From positions 1 through 52,123 of the forward strand of contig CAXHZO010000016.1 of assembly GCA_964022095.1 (NCBI GenBank): a stretch of 52,123 nucleotides of DNA, given 5' to 3'. Position numbers and translations under genes: made by a program. This document shows, one piece after another, positions 9,920 to 19,749 of this stretch (position 1 is the stretch's first letter; each line of letters begins with the position of its first letter). Origin of the DNA: an uncultured Arcobacteraceae bacterium. Lineage in GTDB: Bacteria > Campylobacterota > Campylobacteria > Campylobacterales > Arcobacteraceae. The notes under the pieces were generated by a model. That model was not told where the DNA came from. It did no database searches and saw nothing but the letters and a program-made list of their open reading frames with translations.

Positions 9920-10279
9920 TTAGTTCCCTAATAGTTTAGTTGCAGATTTTAAAGCATTAGAAGTAGTTGATTCTTTTGCCTCATTAACTGCCCCTTCTAA
10001 ACCTTCAGAAGATTTTTCAGCACAAATATCAATAGCTTTAGCCATCATTCCATCTTCAGCAATACCTACGAATGATTTATATGTAGATGCTTGAGTACAA
10101 TAACTTTTAGCTTGTGCAGCTGTTTGAGGTGCTTTTTCTTTTACTACATTAGCAAGTTTTGCTCCCAAAGACTCAGCAGTAATTCCAGTAGCTTCTCCTA
10201 CTGTTTTTGTAACTGAACCAAGATCAAGAGCAAAAACTGATGATGCAACTAATAATGATGAAAAAATGATTTTTTTCAT
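9920..10279 (-). CDS. Secreted hypothetical protein
   Basis: Signal peptide MKKIIFSSLLVASSVFA; two cysteines; AAGGA RBS. Confidence 0.75.
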   Translation of the reverse strand: MKKIIFSSLLVASSVFALDLGSVTKTVGEATGITAESLGAKLANVVKEKAPQTAAQAKSYCTQASTYKSFVGIAEDGMMAKAIDICAEKSSEGLEGAVNEAKESTTSNALKSATKLLGN

Positions 10280-10411
10280 TTTAATCCTTTTAATAATATA
10301 ATTTTTAGAATTATATAGTTTTTATATTAATAAAAGGCAATACTATGAGTTTTATTCACCAATTTACATATCTTGTGTATTAAAAATCATAAATTCAAAT
10401 AAAATATTATT

Positions 10412-11689
10412 ATGAAACTTTCAATTATAGTATTTAGAAACAACCTTAGAACAGATGACAATTATGCTTTATATCATGCATGTGAAAATAGTGAATATGT
10501 ATTAGGTCTTTATAGTTTAGAAAACTTGCAAAACAGTATTTATGAGTTTAAAAAGTGTGATGTATTTAGGCAAAAATTTATATATGAATCCTTACAAAAC
10601 CTAAAAGATAATCTTTCAAAATATAGTATAAATCTTAGTATAGTAGATGATATCTCAAAAGCTTTAGAGAACTTATCAAAACAGTATGACATCACAGTTT
10701 ATTTTGATGAGGAAGTAGGAACAGAAGAGTTAGCTTTTGAAGGTAAATTAAAAAAATACAATCACAAATCTTATTTTACTCAAACTATGACAGAGCCTTT
10801 TGTTTTTGATTATAAAAAAAGTTTTTCACACTTTAGAAAAAAAGCAGAAAAAATACAGATTAAAAAACCACTTGAAAGTATAAAGACTAAAAAAACAATA
10901 GAGTATAAATCACTTGATTTAGATATACCAAATATAGATATTCAAAACCCTAATGCAATTGTATTTAGAGGTGGAGAAGATGAAGGTATAAGTCAATTAC
11001 AAAGCTATTTGGGTTTAATTCATGAATATAAAAGTACAAGAAATGAAATGAGTGGCTTTGAAAACTCTACAAAGTTTTCACCATATTTAGCAATAGGTTG
11101 TATTAGTCCAAGAAGAATTTATAGTGAGTTAAAAAAACAAGAAGAAAAAACTTATGAGAGTGATTCTTCATATTGGATTTATTTTGAGTTACTTTGGAGA
11201 GACTTTTTTCATCTGGTTATGAAATATAGTCAAAACAGATTGTTTTTAAAATCAGGATTAAAAGACATAAACTATAAATATAGAAATGACAAGAAACTTT
11301 TTGAAGACTTTTTTTGTGCAAATACAGGTATTGATTTAATTGATGCAAGTGTAACTGAACTGAAAACTACAGGATGGTTAAGTAATAGAAACAGACAAAT
11401 TGTAACAAGTTATTTTGTAAAGAACTTAGGACTTGACTGGAGAGTAGGGGCTGCTTTTTTTGAAAGTTTTTTAGTAGATTATAATCCAGCTTCAAATTAT
11501 GGAAATTGGGCTTACCAATCCCATGTTGGAAATGATTCTACATATAGAATCTTTGATGTAAAAAAACAAAGTGATATGTACAATGGTAGTGAATATATAA
11601 ACAAGTGGCTGAATAAAGAGCCATCAAAAAATAAAATTGATTATAGATCTATGGCAGAAGTTGTAAAAAAAGAAGTTTTTTTTGAATAA
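10412..11689 (+). CDS. DASH-family cryptochrome/photolyase
   Basis: FRNNLRTDDN, GGE, STKFSPYLAIGCISPR, FELLWRDFF, SNRNRQ, SNYGNW.Y...VGND. Confidence 0.88.
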   Translation: MKLSIIVFRNNLRTDDNYALYHACENSEYVLGLYSLENLQNSIYEFKKCDVFRQKFIYESLQNLKDNLSKYSINLSIVDDISKALENLSKQYDITVYFDEEVGTEELAFEGKLKKYNHKSYFTQTMTEPFVFDYKKSFSHFRKKAEKIQIKKPLESIKTKKTIEYKSLDLDIPNIDIQNPNAIVFRGGEDEGISQLQSYLGLIHEYKSTRNEMSGFENSTKFSPYLAIGCISPRRIYSELKKQEEKTYESDSSYWIYFELLWRDFFHLVMKYSQNRLFLKSGLKDINYKYRNDKKLFEDFFCANTGIDLIDASVTELKTTGWLSNRNRQIVTSYFVKNLGLDWRVGAAFFESFLVDYNPASNYGNWAYQSHVGNDSTYRIFDVKKQSDMYNGSEYINKWLNKEPSKNKIDYRSMAEVVKKEVFFE

Positions 11690-11776
11690 TGAAGTTTTGA
11701 ATTTATTTAACTTATTTTTACAAGCTTTCTTTTAAAAAACTTTACTATAATTTCAAAAAAAATTGGGAAGTTAATT

Positions 11777-12160
11777 ATGCAAAGCTCAGAAATCGTAAAA
11801 AATCCAGAAACAAAAGATCAAGAAAAACTAGTACAATCAGACTTTAATACTAATGTTGCTTTTTATATTCATTTAAAAGAGTACAATAATCAAGTAAGAG
11901 ATGAATTAAAAAATAGATTAAAAGAGGTTTTCTTTTTTAGTAAAGGAATTGATTGGAAATTTGATAGTTTTGGAATTGAAAATAAAGGTTCAAGAGGAAC
12001 TAATGTTTTAGGTTACTTTATTTTTAGAGCTGTTGAAGTTGAAAAATTACAAAAACTATTTATTGCAGAGTTTAAAGATTATGAAAATGCAACAAGAATT
12101 TCATGTTCGGTTGCAAAGTATGAAAAAGTAGAAGAAGAGTTTTTTGAGTTAAAAGTTTAG
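11777..12160 (+). CDS. Hypothetical protein
   Basis: 127-aa ORF with plausible RBS, ending at a terminator hairpin. Confidence 0.65.
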   Translation: MQSSEIVKNPETKDQEKLVQSDFNTNVAFYIHLKEYNNQVRDELKNRLKEVFFFSKGIDWKFDSFGIENKGSRGTNVLGYFIFRAVEVEKLQKLFIAEFKDYENATRISCSVAKYEKVEEEFFELKV

Positions 12161-12179
12161 GAAACACCTAAACTTTTAA
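12149..12179. terminator. Bidirectional terminator
   Basis: Perfect 13-bp stem TTAAAAGTTTAGG-AAACA-CCTAAACTTTTAA between convergent genes. Confidence 0.75.
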
Positions 12180-13489
12180 TTTAATCCAAAAATCTCAAAC
12201 TGCACAAACCAAACACCAATAGAAATAAAATACCCTATTAATATCATCCATGAATATTTCATATGAGAATTAAAAGTATAAATTCCTTTTAATTTACCCA
12301 TAACTCCAACACCAGCTGCACTACCAAATGATATTAAACTACCACCTATACCAGCTGTTAGAGTAACTAACATCCAATTTGATAAATCCATAGTTGGATT
12401 TGCTTTTAACACAGCACTCATAACAGGAACATTATCTACAATCGCTGATAAAAAACCAACTGCAATATTAGAATAAGTAGGCCCTAAATAATCAGGTTGA
12501 TAAACAATAGCTGCAAGTCCTAGCCATCCTACAAAATACAAAGCTCCAACTACTGCTAAAATACCAAAAAAGAACATTAAAGTATTGTTCTCAATTTTTG
12601 CCATAGATTTAAATACATTAAAATGATTCTCTCCATAAACTTTATTTAATCTAACAGAATAAATTTTTAGCAGTGTAAGACCAAACATCATCCCCCACAT
12701 AGCAGGGAAATCTAAAACTTGATGTGAAACTACCGCTGAAACAATAGTAAAAAACCCTAAGATAATAATTGTTCTTGCACCTTCAAGCATTTGAGGTTTT
12801 TTTTCTTTTGACATATCAAAATGTGGTTGGGTATTTGGCACAACTTTTGATAATAAAAAAGCAGTTACTAAATATCCAATAATTGATGCAGGGAACAGGT
12901 ATAAAAAGTCTATAAAGTGACCTTTTCCTGCTGTCCAAGCCATAAGTGTAGTAATGTCTCCAAATGGTGACCATGCACCACCTGCATTTGCAGCAACTAC
13001 TATATTAATAGCTCCTGGTACTAAAAAATCTTTTCTTTTTTTCTCAATAGTTATTAATACCGTTGATAGTATCAGTGCTGTTGTAAGATTATCAGCAATT
13101 GGGGATATAAAAAAAGCTAAAAATCCAGTTACCCAAAATAGCTTTTTATATGTATAACCCTTTGATATTAAATTGTATTTTAATCTGTCAAATACACCCA
13201 TGTGAATAAGTGACTCAATATAAGTCATCGCTACAAACAAGAAAAATAAAATCTCTGCAATTTCTAAAATCACAGCTTCTGCTTCATCGTGAACTAAATG
13301 AATATTTAGATCATTTATGTAGTAATAAACAGAGATTAATAAAAATGTAAATATTCCTATAAATAGTGCTGGAATTGATTTATCAACGTTGTACTTTTCT
13401 TCATTTGCAATAAAGTAATAACCTATGATAAATATTGCTAAGGTAGCGATTCCAACCCATGTAAATGTTAAATCAATATTATGTGGCAT
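12176..13489 (-). CDS. nhaD: Na+/H+ antiporter NhaD
   Basis: SPIADNLTT, AANAGGAWSPFGDITT, SAIVDNVP, GGSLISFGSAAGV. Confidence 0.9.
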   Translation of the reverse strand: MPHNIDLTFTWVGIATLAIFIIGYYFIANEEKYNVDKSIPALFIGIFTFLLISVYYYINDLNIHLVHDEAEAVILEIAEILFFLFVAMTYIESLIHMGVFDRLKYNLISKGYTYKKLFWVTGFLAFFISPIADNLTTALILSTVLITIEKKRKDFLVPGAINIVVAANAGGAWSPFGDITTLMAWTAGKGHFIDFLYLFPASIIGYLVTAFLLSKVVPNTQPHFDMSKEKKPQMLEGARTIIILGFFTIVSAVVSHQVLDFPAMWGMMFGLTLLKIYSVRLNKVYGENHFNVFKSMAKIENNTLMFFFGILAVVGALYFVGWLGLAAIVYQPDYLGPTYSNIAVGFLSAIVDNVPVMSAVLKANPTMDLSNWMLVTLTAGIGGSLISFGSAAGVGVMGKLKGIYTFNSHMKYSWMILIGYFISIGVWFVQFEIFGLN

Positions 13490-13498
13490 AATTCCCTC

Positions 13499-14650
13499 CT
13501 ACTTGTAACTTCTTATAATTAAAAATGAAATTAGTGAAAGAATAGTTACACTAATACCAATTGGTAAGAAGTTATTACTATGAAAACTAAGAGCAATTGA
13601 TGAAATAATTGCACCTAACCCAAACTGTAGTACTCCAACAACACTTGAAGCAACTCCTGCATTTTTTGAAAAGTGTTCTAGTGCTAAAGCCATACAATTA
13701 CCAAAAATAAACGCCATCATACTCATATATGTAGCCATTAAGACCATTGTAATAGCTAAAGATTTACCTTCAAAATTTATTATCATAAAAATACCTGCAA
13801 TTACTTGAACGATTATTGCCATTTTGATTAACTCTAATTGTGTAAATTTTTTAAGCATAACTACATTTACTCTAATCATAGCTATTAATATTACAAAGTT
13901 AAATCCAAAGAAAAGAGGAAATAAATCTGTTGAAATATCAAAGTGTTCAATGAATATAAAAGATGATTTTGAAATATAGATAAAAAATCCAGAAAAGCCT
14001 AAAGCAAGAGTCATCATAGACTTCATTGCATTTTTATGAGAAAGTACAATTTTAAAAGATTCTAATATATTCTGTTTTGTATATTTAAAACTCTCTTCTA
14101 AGCTTATAAATACCCATATAGCAACAGCAAGAGAATAAACTGTTAAAAATATAAAAACTGCTTTCCATGAATAAAAGTGAATAATAAATGCTCCAATAGC
14201 AGGAGCTAAAAGAGGAGCTAAACTTCTAATAGTTCCTATTAATGAGAATACTTTAGCTGCTTCTGCTCCATGAAATCTATCTCTAACGGCAGCTGCTGCA
14301 TTTACTACAACAATACCACCAAAAAAGGCTTCAAAAAATCTATAAATCCATAATTCATAGATATTTGTACTAAAAACTATTAAAAAACTAAATAGTGAAT
14401 ATCCCAATAGTCCTAAAATAGAACTCTTTTTTCTTCCGTATCTATCTGAAATAGGACCACCAAAAATTTGTCCTATTGAAAAACCTATTAAAAATATTGA
14501 TAAGGAAAGTTCGATCTTTTCAATTCCTACATTTAGAGCTGTTGCGATATCAGGAATTGAGGGGATATAAGTATCAATTCCCATTGGTGCAACAGATGAA
14601 AGAACTGATAATAAAATGATTAAATATATATGATTTGATGAATTCTTCAT
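13499..14650 (-). CDS. Bcr/CflA-family multidrug MFS efflux transporter
   Basis: IDTYIPSIP, GPISDRYGRK; about 12 transmembrane segments. Confidence 0.9.
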   Translation of the reverse strand: MKNSSNHIYLIILLSVLSSVAPMGIDTYIPSIPDIATALNVGIEKIELSLSIFLIGFSIGQIFGGPISDRYGRKKSSILGLLGYSLFSFLIVFSTNIYELWIYRFFEAFFGGIVVVNAAAAVRDRFHGAEAAKVFSLIGTIRSLAPLLAPAIGAFIIHFYSWKAVFIFLTVYSLAVAIWVFISLEESFKYTKQNILESFKIVLSHKNAMKSMMTLALGFSGFFIYISKSSFIFIEHFDISTDLFPLFFGFNFVILIAMIRVNVVMLKKFTQLELIKMAIIVQVIAGIFMIINFEGKSLAITMVLMATYMSMMAFIFGNCMALALEHFSKNAGVASSVVGVLQFGLGAIISSIALSFHSNNFLPIGISVTILSLISFLIIRSYK

Positions 14651-14652
14651 TA

Positions 14653-15075
14653 TTACTCGTTTATTGTGTTTGTTAATTTATCTAATGAATTAAAAAACTG
14701 GTCTATTTCTTCTTCACTCATACAAGCAGCTAACTTTGCTCTAAAATCTTTTACTAACTTTGAAGTAGCTTCTAATACTTCTTCTCCTTTAGGAGTTAAT
14801 TTAATTAAATTTGTTCTTTTATCTATATTTGATTTTGAAATATAGCCTTTAGTTTCTAGAGCTTTTAAAGTTCTACTTATAGTTGTTTTGTCTTTTGCAA
14901 GTATTTGAGCGATTTTGGTTTGATTAACATTATCTTCATATTTTATAATCTCTAATGTAGTTCTTTGCTCAATTGCAATTCCAAAAGCTTGAAGCTCACT
15001 ATTAAATGAGCTATTTAGTAAGTTTGCAGCTTGACCTATTCTAAAACCAATAGACTTTTTTAATTCAGTTTGCAT
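14653..15075 (-). CDS. MarR-family transcriptional regulator
   Basis: DKTTISRTLKALETKGYI, DKR...I.LT.KG; start at ATG 15075 after an AAGGA RBS. Confidence 0.9.
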   Translation of the reverse strand: MQTELKKSIGFRIGQAANLLNSSFNSELQAFGIAIEQRTTLEIIKYEDNVNQTKIAQILAKDKTTISRTLKALETKGYISKSNIDKRTNLIKLTPKGEEVLEATSKLVKDFRAKLAACMSEEEIDQFFNSLDKLTNTINE

Positions 15076-15090
15076 ATTAATTTCCTTAAA

Positions 15091-15118
15091 ATGTATATAC
15101 AACTATTGCATATACAAC
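15091..15118. promoter_or_regulatory. Tandem palindromic MarR operator
   Basis: ATGTATATACAAC (15091) and TTGCATATACAAC (15106), each near-palindromic, directly upstream of the marR RBS. Confidence 0.65.
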
Positions 15119-15205
15119 CTTTTATCAAACTTAATGTAAAAGATAATTCTTGTTAAATAAGAGAAAATGATTTTAGTTATTTAATTTTATTAGAATTTAA
15201 ATGAA

Positions 15206-15239
15206 TTGAGTCATTTTTGAGTCTTTTGTTTGGTAGAAT
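15206..15239 (+). promoter_or_regulatory. Extended -10 promoter with an upstream direct repeat
   Basis: TTGAGTC twice, 11 bp apart (15206, 15217), then TGgTAGAAT (15231-15239). Confidence 0.45.
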
Positions 15240-15268
15240 AAATTGAGAAGTTATTAAAAAGGTTAATT

Positions 15269-16348
15269 ATGGCTAAAGCAGAATTCTATGAAATAATAAT
15301 TAAAGATAAAGAAAAAAATGAAATTTTTAGTAAAGGGATGTCATTAAATGAAGTATTATTAAAATCAATTGTTGATAATGATGAACATGATAAATTTTGT
15401 CAAAGTAAAAAATGTGCAGTAATTCTTAATAATCATATTAAAAGAGATGAAAATAATATAGTGTATGACTTTGCTATGTTTACTGATAAAAAGATTATTA
15501 GTACATTGATTTCTGAACCATTAAAGAGTGAAGATACTTTTGTTGAATATGATAAAAAGATTTTAGAAACAACAAACTATACAAAAATTGAAGAAAAAGA
15601 AGTTAAAGAGATTGTGTCTTTAACTGAAGAAGATAGCTTAATTGATAAATTAAAATCAACAAAAATAGATAACTACAAGATATACAAAATTATACTAGAT
15701 TATGAATTACTAGAAAAAAAACAATTAGAATTATTTGAGAAGTTTGTCATTAAAAGGTTGAAAAAGGATAGTATATTTTTTAATATTATAGAAGATTATG
15801 ATAATTCAGAACATAAAATTTTAATTTATCAAAGTTTAACAGATGGATTAGATATATCATATTTGGAAAAATATTTGAATACACATTTATTAGTAAGTGA
15901 AGATTTTAAATTAAATTTTCATAAATTATATGATGCCGATTTTATGGATTTACTTTTAAATGGAGAATTAAAAAGTTTTATATTTTCTTATTCGACACAA
16001 AATAAAAGTAATTTACTTGATAAAAATTTATTTAACCCATTATATCATCTTGGGGATTTGTTTGGAAAGAATTTAACAAAAGTTGAAATAAAGGCAAAAG
16101 ATGAAGAATTATTAGATAACAATAAATTAATTGATTTCTTTGAAAAAGCTAGTGAAACAGGTTTTTTAGATACTTGTGAATTAAAACAAAAAGGTGGAGG
16201 AAACAAAAAAATAGATTTTAAAGATAAAAAATTAAATATAGAGTATACTGAATCACAGAATATAGATACAATACATAAGTCAGTTGAATTTTTTGAACGG
16301 GCTTTAAAAAAGAAAAAAAACATATTAAAAAAGAGATTAGGAATTTAA
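15269..16348 (+). CDS. Hypothetical soluble protein, possibly DUF6731/DUF4747-like
   Basis: Very AT-rich; N-terminal 'EFYEI' strand and ILIYQS...G....YLEKYLN...F.L......D.DF...L pattern recalled from that group. Confidence 0.5.
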   Translation: MAKAEFYEIIIKDKEKNEIFSKGMSLNEVLLKSIVDNDEHDKFCQSKKCAVILNNHIKRDENNIVYDFAMFTDKKIISTLISEPLKSEDTFVEYDKKILETTNYTKIEEKEVKEIVSLTEEDSLIDKLKSTKIDNYKIYKIILDYELLEKKQLELFEKFVIKRLKKDSIFFNIIEDYDNSEHKILIYQSLTDGLDISYLEKYLNTHLLVSEDFKLNFHKLYDADFMDLLLNGELKSFIFSYSTQNKSNLLDKNLFNPLYHLGDLFGKNLTKVEIKAKDEELLDNNKLIDFFEKASETGFLDTCELKQKGGGNKKIDFKDKKLNIEYTESQNIDTIHKSVEFFERALKKKKNILKKRLGI

Positions 16349-16711
16349 ATGGAATGTTTTACAGAGAAGACATTAGAATTGATGGAGAAAATGGGCTTTA
16401 CTCCAATAGTTTTAATTGGTTTATTAATAGCTTCTTTAACTTTGATACTAAATTTAAAAACAACTAATAAATTTATACAGGACTTCAAAAATAGTAGTAA
16501 CATTGATAAATTTATTAACCTAATTTTTTATACTTCTTTTTCATTGTTATTACTGTTAATATTTTCAGTAATATCAAATTACATTGTTGATGATAATATA
16601 TTATTTGTAATTAGTATAAGCTATTTAGTTTTATTTAGTTTTCTAATATATAGTTTATTTACAATTGTGTTTATTTTAAAAGAAATTGTTAGAACATCTT
16701 TAAAAGATTAA
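16349..16711 (+). CDS. Small hypothetical membrane protein (about 3 TM)
   Basis: Three hydrophobic segments; ATG directly follows the upstream TAA. Confidence 0.7.
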   Translation: MECFTEKTLELMEKMGFTPIVLIGLLIASLTLILNLKTTNKFIQDFKNSSNIDKFINLIFYTSFSLLLLLIFSVISNYIVDDNILFVISISYLVLFSFLIYSLFTIVFILKEIVRTSLKD

Positions 16712-16730
16712 GTATAGGATTAGAAAAAGA

Positions 16731-16958
16731 ATGAATTTCAAACTAACCTCACAAGAAGAATTAAAAGCTCTAAATATCAAAGAAGAGCAAGAGTATTTAG
16801 TAGAGTATAAAAATAAAGACTATTTTAATGGTGAAGAAACTATTGAAAAAGCTAGAGCAAAAGCTATTATAAATGATGGCATAATATCTTTTATTGTTCC
16901 AGATCCAATGGGAATGGAAAGATTTGTAAGTGAAGTTAGAGTTTTAAATCAACAATAA
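16731..16958 (+). CDS. Small hypothetical protein
   Basis: 75-aa ORF with host-like codon usage. Confidence 0.65.
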   Translation: MNFKLTSQEELKALNIKEEQEYLVEYKNKDYFNGEETIEKARAKAIINDGIISFIVPDPMGMERFVSEVRVLNQQ

Positions 16959-17191
16959 TTTTTAGGCTCTTTATCATTTACTTTTATAACTTTATCAAGT
17001 CGGATTTTTAATCCACTTGAAAGTATCATGAACTCTTCTTTATTTGCTGTTTTAAAATCGACTATAAAATCTTCAATCACTTCTTGTATATTATTTTCTT
17101 TATAGGTTATTTCAGACTTTATTTTTTTTACTGCTAGAGCTTCTAGTTCATCATAAAAGTGGCAAGCTACTGCTTGATATTTATCGTTCAT
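16949..17191 (-). CDS. rof: Rho-binding antiterminator (Rof/YaeO family)
   Basis: YQ.V.C.FYDELE...KEEF......KIRLDK family pattern. Confidence 0.75.
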   Translation of the reverse strand: MNDKYQAVACHFYDELEALAVKKIKSEITYKENNIQEVIEDFIVDFKTANKEEFMILSSGLKIRLDKVIKVNDKEPKNYC

Positions 17192-17292
17192 ATATTTTCC
17201 TTTGCGTAATTATATCAAAAGAAAAAATATAATTTTTGTTAATATTTTGTTATAAACATATGATATAATTTTCTTATATCAAGGAGGCTATC

Positions 17293-18096
17293 ATGAGTCT
17301 TAAAAAAATCACTTCACTTACAATGCTTTTAGCAATGGCAATTATGACTTTTACAGGTATTTTACTATTTATCACACCCCCAGGAAGAGTTGCAAACTGG
17401 ACAAATTGGGAAATATTAGGAATGTCAAAAACACTAATAAGTCAAATACATACTACTTTTATGGTTTTATTTATTGTTGTAACTATTTTGCATATTATTT
17501 ATAATTTAAAACCAATGATTAGTTATATGAGAAACAAAGCAAAACAGTTTGTAATCTTTACAAAAGAGATGATAGTTGCAACTGCATTAACTGTTGGTTT
17601 CTTATTTGGAACTATTTATGGAGTTGCTCCTTTTTCTACATTTCTAGATTTTGGTGAAGGTATTAAAAACTCTTGGGAAAAACAGATGTCAACAGCACCT
17701 TATTCTCATGCAGAGTTATCTTCTCTTGAAGAGTTTTCATTAAGAATGGATTATGAATTAGATGAGATAGAAGAGATATTAAAATCAAAAAATATTACAT
17801 ATAAAGTAGAGCAGTCACTCTCTCAAATAGCAAAAAACAATAAGCTCAGTCCAAATAAATTATTTGAAGTTCTACAAGCACAAAAAAGTTCAACGAAAGC
17901 ATATATCACAATGCCTGGAATGGGTAAAAAATCTGTTGAAGATGTAGCTATAACTTTAGGTGTTTCAAGTGATGAGTTAATTGAAAAACTAAAATCACTT
18001 GGAATAGAAGCATCAAGGGATGATAAATTTAAAGAAGTTGCTGAATCAATAGATTCAAGTCCAATGAATGTATTAAAAAGTTTAGGGTATCAATAA
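17293..18096 (+). CDS. DUF4405-domain membrane protein
   Basis: TGILLFITPPGRVANW.NW, two conserved His in TM helices, APYSHAE. Confidence 0.8.
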   Translation: MSLKKITSLTMLLAMAIMTFTGILLFITPPGRVANWTNWEILGMSKTLISQIHTTFMVLFIVVTILHIIYNLKPMISYMRNKAKQFVIFTKEMIVATALTVGFLFGTIYGVAPFSTFLDFGEGIKNSWEKQMSTAPYSHAELSSLEEFSLRMDYELDEIEEILKSKNITYKVEQSLSQIAKNNKLSPNKLFEVLQAQKSSTKAYITMPGMGKKSVEDVAITLGVSSDELIEKLKSLGIEASRDDKFKEVAESIDSSPMNVLKSLGYQ

Positions 18097-18115
18097 GAAG
18101 AATAAAGAAGTATTT

Positions 18116-18772
18116 TTACTTCTTTATTACATCAAGAATATCAAGTGGATGAGCTACTAAAAAATCAGCACCATGCTCACTTAACTCTTTTTCATCTCTA
18201 AATCCCCATAATACACCAATACCAATCATTCCTGCATTTTTTGCTGTTTGCATATCTACCATTGTATCACCTACAAAGTAAACATCTTCAAGCTTTGCAT
18301 CAAAACTTTTTGCAATATTTATTGCTGCAATTGGATCAGGTTTTTTAGGAATATCGCTTTTTTGTCCATGAATCTCTTTGAAATTGTATTTATCAAATAG
18401 GTTATCTGCATATTGAACCGTGAACTCATGGGGTTTATTTGATAAGATTGCTAAATTACAATCAAGCTTTTCAAGCTCATCAAGTAGTTCATATATTCCA
18501 TCATATGCCTTTGTTTTTGAGTGAAGTTTTTGATCATATACAACTTTAAATCTATCTGTAACTTCCTCTTTTATTCTCTCATCATGTCCTGCTAGGGCAT
18601 TTTCAACTAAGACTGAAATTCCACCACCTACAAATTGTTTATAATCATCAATTTTGTGGATAGGTAGATTTACATCTTCTAAAACTTTATTCATACACAC
18701 TGCAATATCTTCTAATGAGTCAATTAGTGTGCCATCTAAATCAAATATAATTGTTTTTTTATTAATTGACAC
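18116..18772 (-). CDS. HAD-family hydrolase (phosphoglycolate phosphatase-like)
   Basis: FDLDGTL, SNK, KKPDP, VGDT..D; GTG start with AGGAG RBS. Confidence 0.9.
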   Translation of the reverse strand: MSINKKTIIFDLDGTLIDSLEDIAVCMNKVLEDVNLPIHKIDDYKQFVGGGISVLVENALAGHDERIKEEVTDRFKVVYDQKLHSKTKAYDGIYELLDELEKLDCNLAILSNKPHEFTVQYADNLFDKYNFKEIHGQKSDIPKKPDPIAAINIAKSFDAKLEDVYFVGDTMVDMQTAKNAGMIGIGVLWGFRDEKELSEHGADFLVAHPLDILDVIKK

Positions 18773-18834
18773 TTACTCTCCTTAATGAGTTAGTTGAATA
18801 ATACACTAAGATTTGTGATAAGTAAGTAAAGAAG

Positions 18835-19749
18835 TTACCAGCCACCACTAGCACCTCCTCCTCCAAATCCTCCTCCGCCTCCAGAAAATCCGCCACCACT
18901 ACTAAATCCACCTCTTCCAAATCCACCAGTTGTTCCGCCCCAACCATTGCTAGAGTGGGAAGTAGTGTTATTTTTAGGAAGAGTATCAAAGTTAACATCT
19001 CGTCTTGTAAATAGGTTAAATAAAAACACAACTATAGTAATAGCAATAGCTATGAGAAGATAATAACTAGTAAAACCAGAAGCTATTACAAATGCAAAAA
19101 AACCAAAAAATGCTGAGGTTACAGAGGATAATGAAGCTTTATATAAAAATTGACTTTTCACTTTTCTAGAAATTGAGTTTATTAGCATAGATATAAAGAT
19201 AATACCAAAATATATAAATGCAAAGTATGAATCAAATTGCATGTCTGTTTCATCATTTTTTATTTTTGGAGTATATTCACCCTTTATAGCCTGTATGATT
19301 TCATCAACAGCTTTAAAAATACCTTTTTCATAATTGTTAGTTCTAAAGCTAGGTTTTAAAGTATAGTTTATAATTTCATAAGAAGTTTTATCAGTAAGCG
19401 CACCCTCAAGACCATATCCAACTTCTATACGAATTTTTTTTTCATCCATTGCAATTACTAGTAAAACACCATTGTCTCTATCTTTTTGCCCAATACCCCA
19501 AAACCTACCAAGCTGATATGAATAGTCAGCTATCTCATAACCATTTAAAGTATTTAAAATCACTACTACTATTTGATTAGAGGTTTGTTCTTCATGGTTT
19601 TTTAAAATTTCAGTTAGTTTTACTTGGTTGCTATTTGATAGAAGATGTGCTTGGTCTATTATTCTTCCTTCTAAAGGAGGAAAATACTGAGTTATATTTG
19701 CATTTAAAAAACTAAAAAGAAAAAAGAATACTAATATAAATTTTTTCAT
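18835..19749 (-). CDS. TPM-domain protein (YgcG-like) with Gly-rich tail
   Basis: WGIGQKDRDNGVLL, RIEVGYGLEG, GGGFGGGGASGGW. Confidence 0.92.
   Translation of the reverse strand: MKKFILVFFFLFSFLNANITQYFPPLEGRIIDQAHLLSNSNQVKLTEILKNHEEQTSNQIVVVILNTLNGYEIADYSYQLGRFWGIGQKDRDNGVLLVIAMDEKKIRIEVGYGLEGALTDKTSYEIINYTLKPSFRTNNYEKGIFKAVDEIIQAIKGEYTPKIKNDETDMQFDSYFAFIYFGIIFISMLINSISRKVKSQFLYKASLSSVTSAFFGFFAFVIASGFTSYYLLIAIAITIVVFLFNLFTRRDVNFDTLPKNNTTSHSSNGWGGTTGGFGRGGFSSGGGFSGGGGGFGGGGASGGW

Noticed and set aside
16045-16323. 92-aa minus-strand ORF
   Set aside because: Antisense shadow of a Lys-rich coding region
18762-19031. 89-aa minus-strand ORF
   Set aside because: Alternate-frame shadow of the Gly-rich tail of the TPM gene
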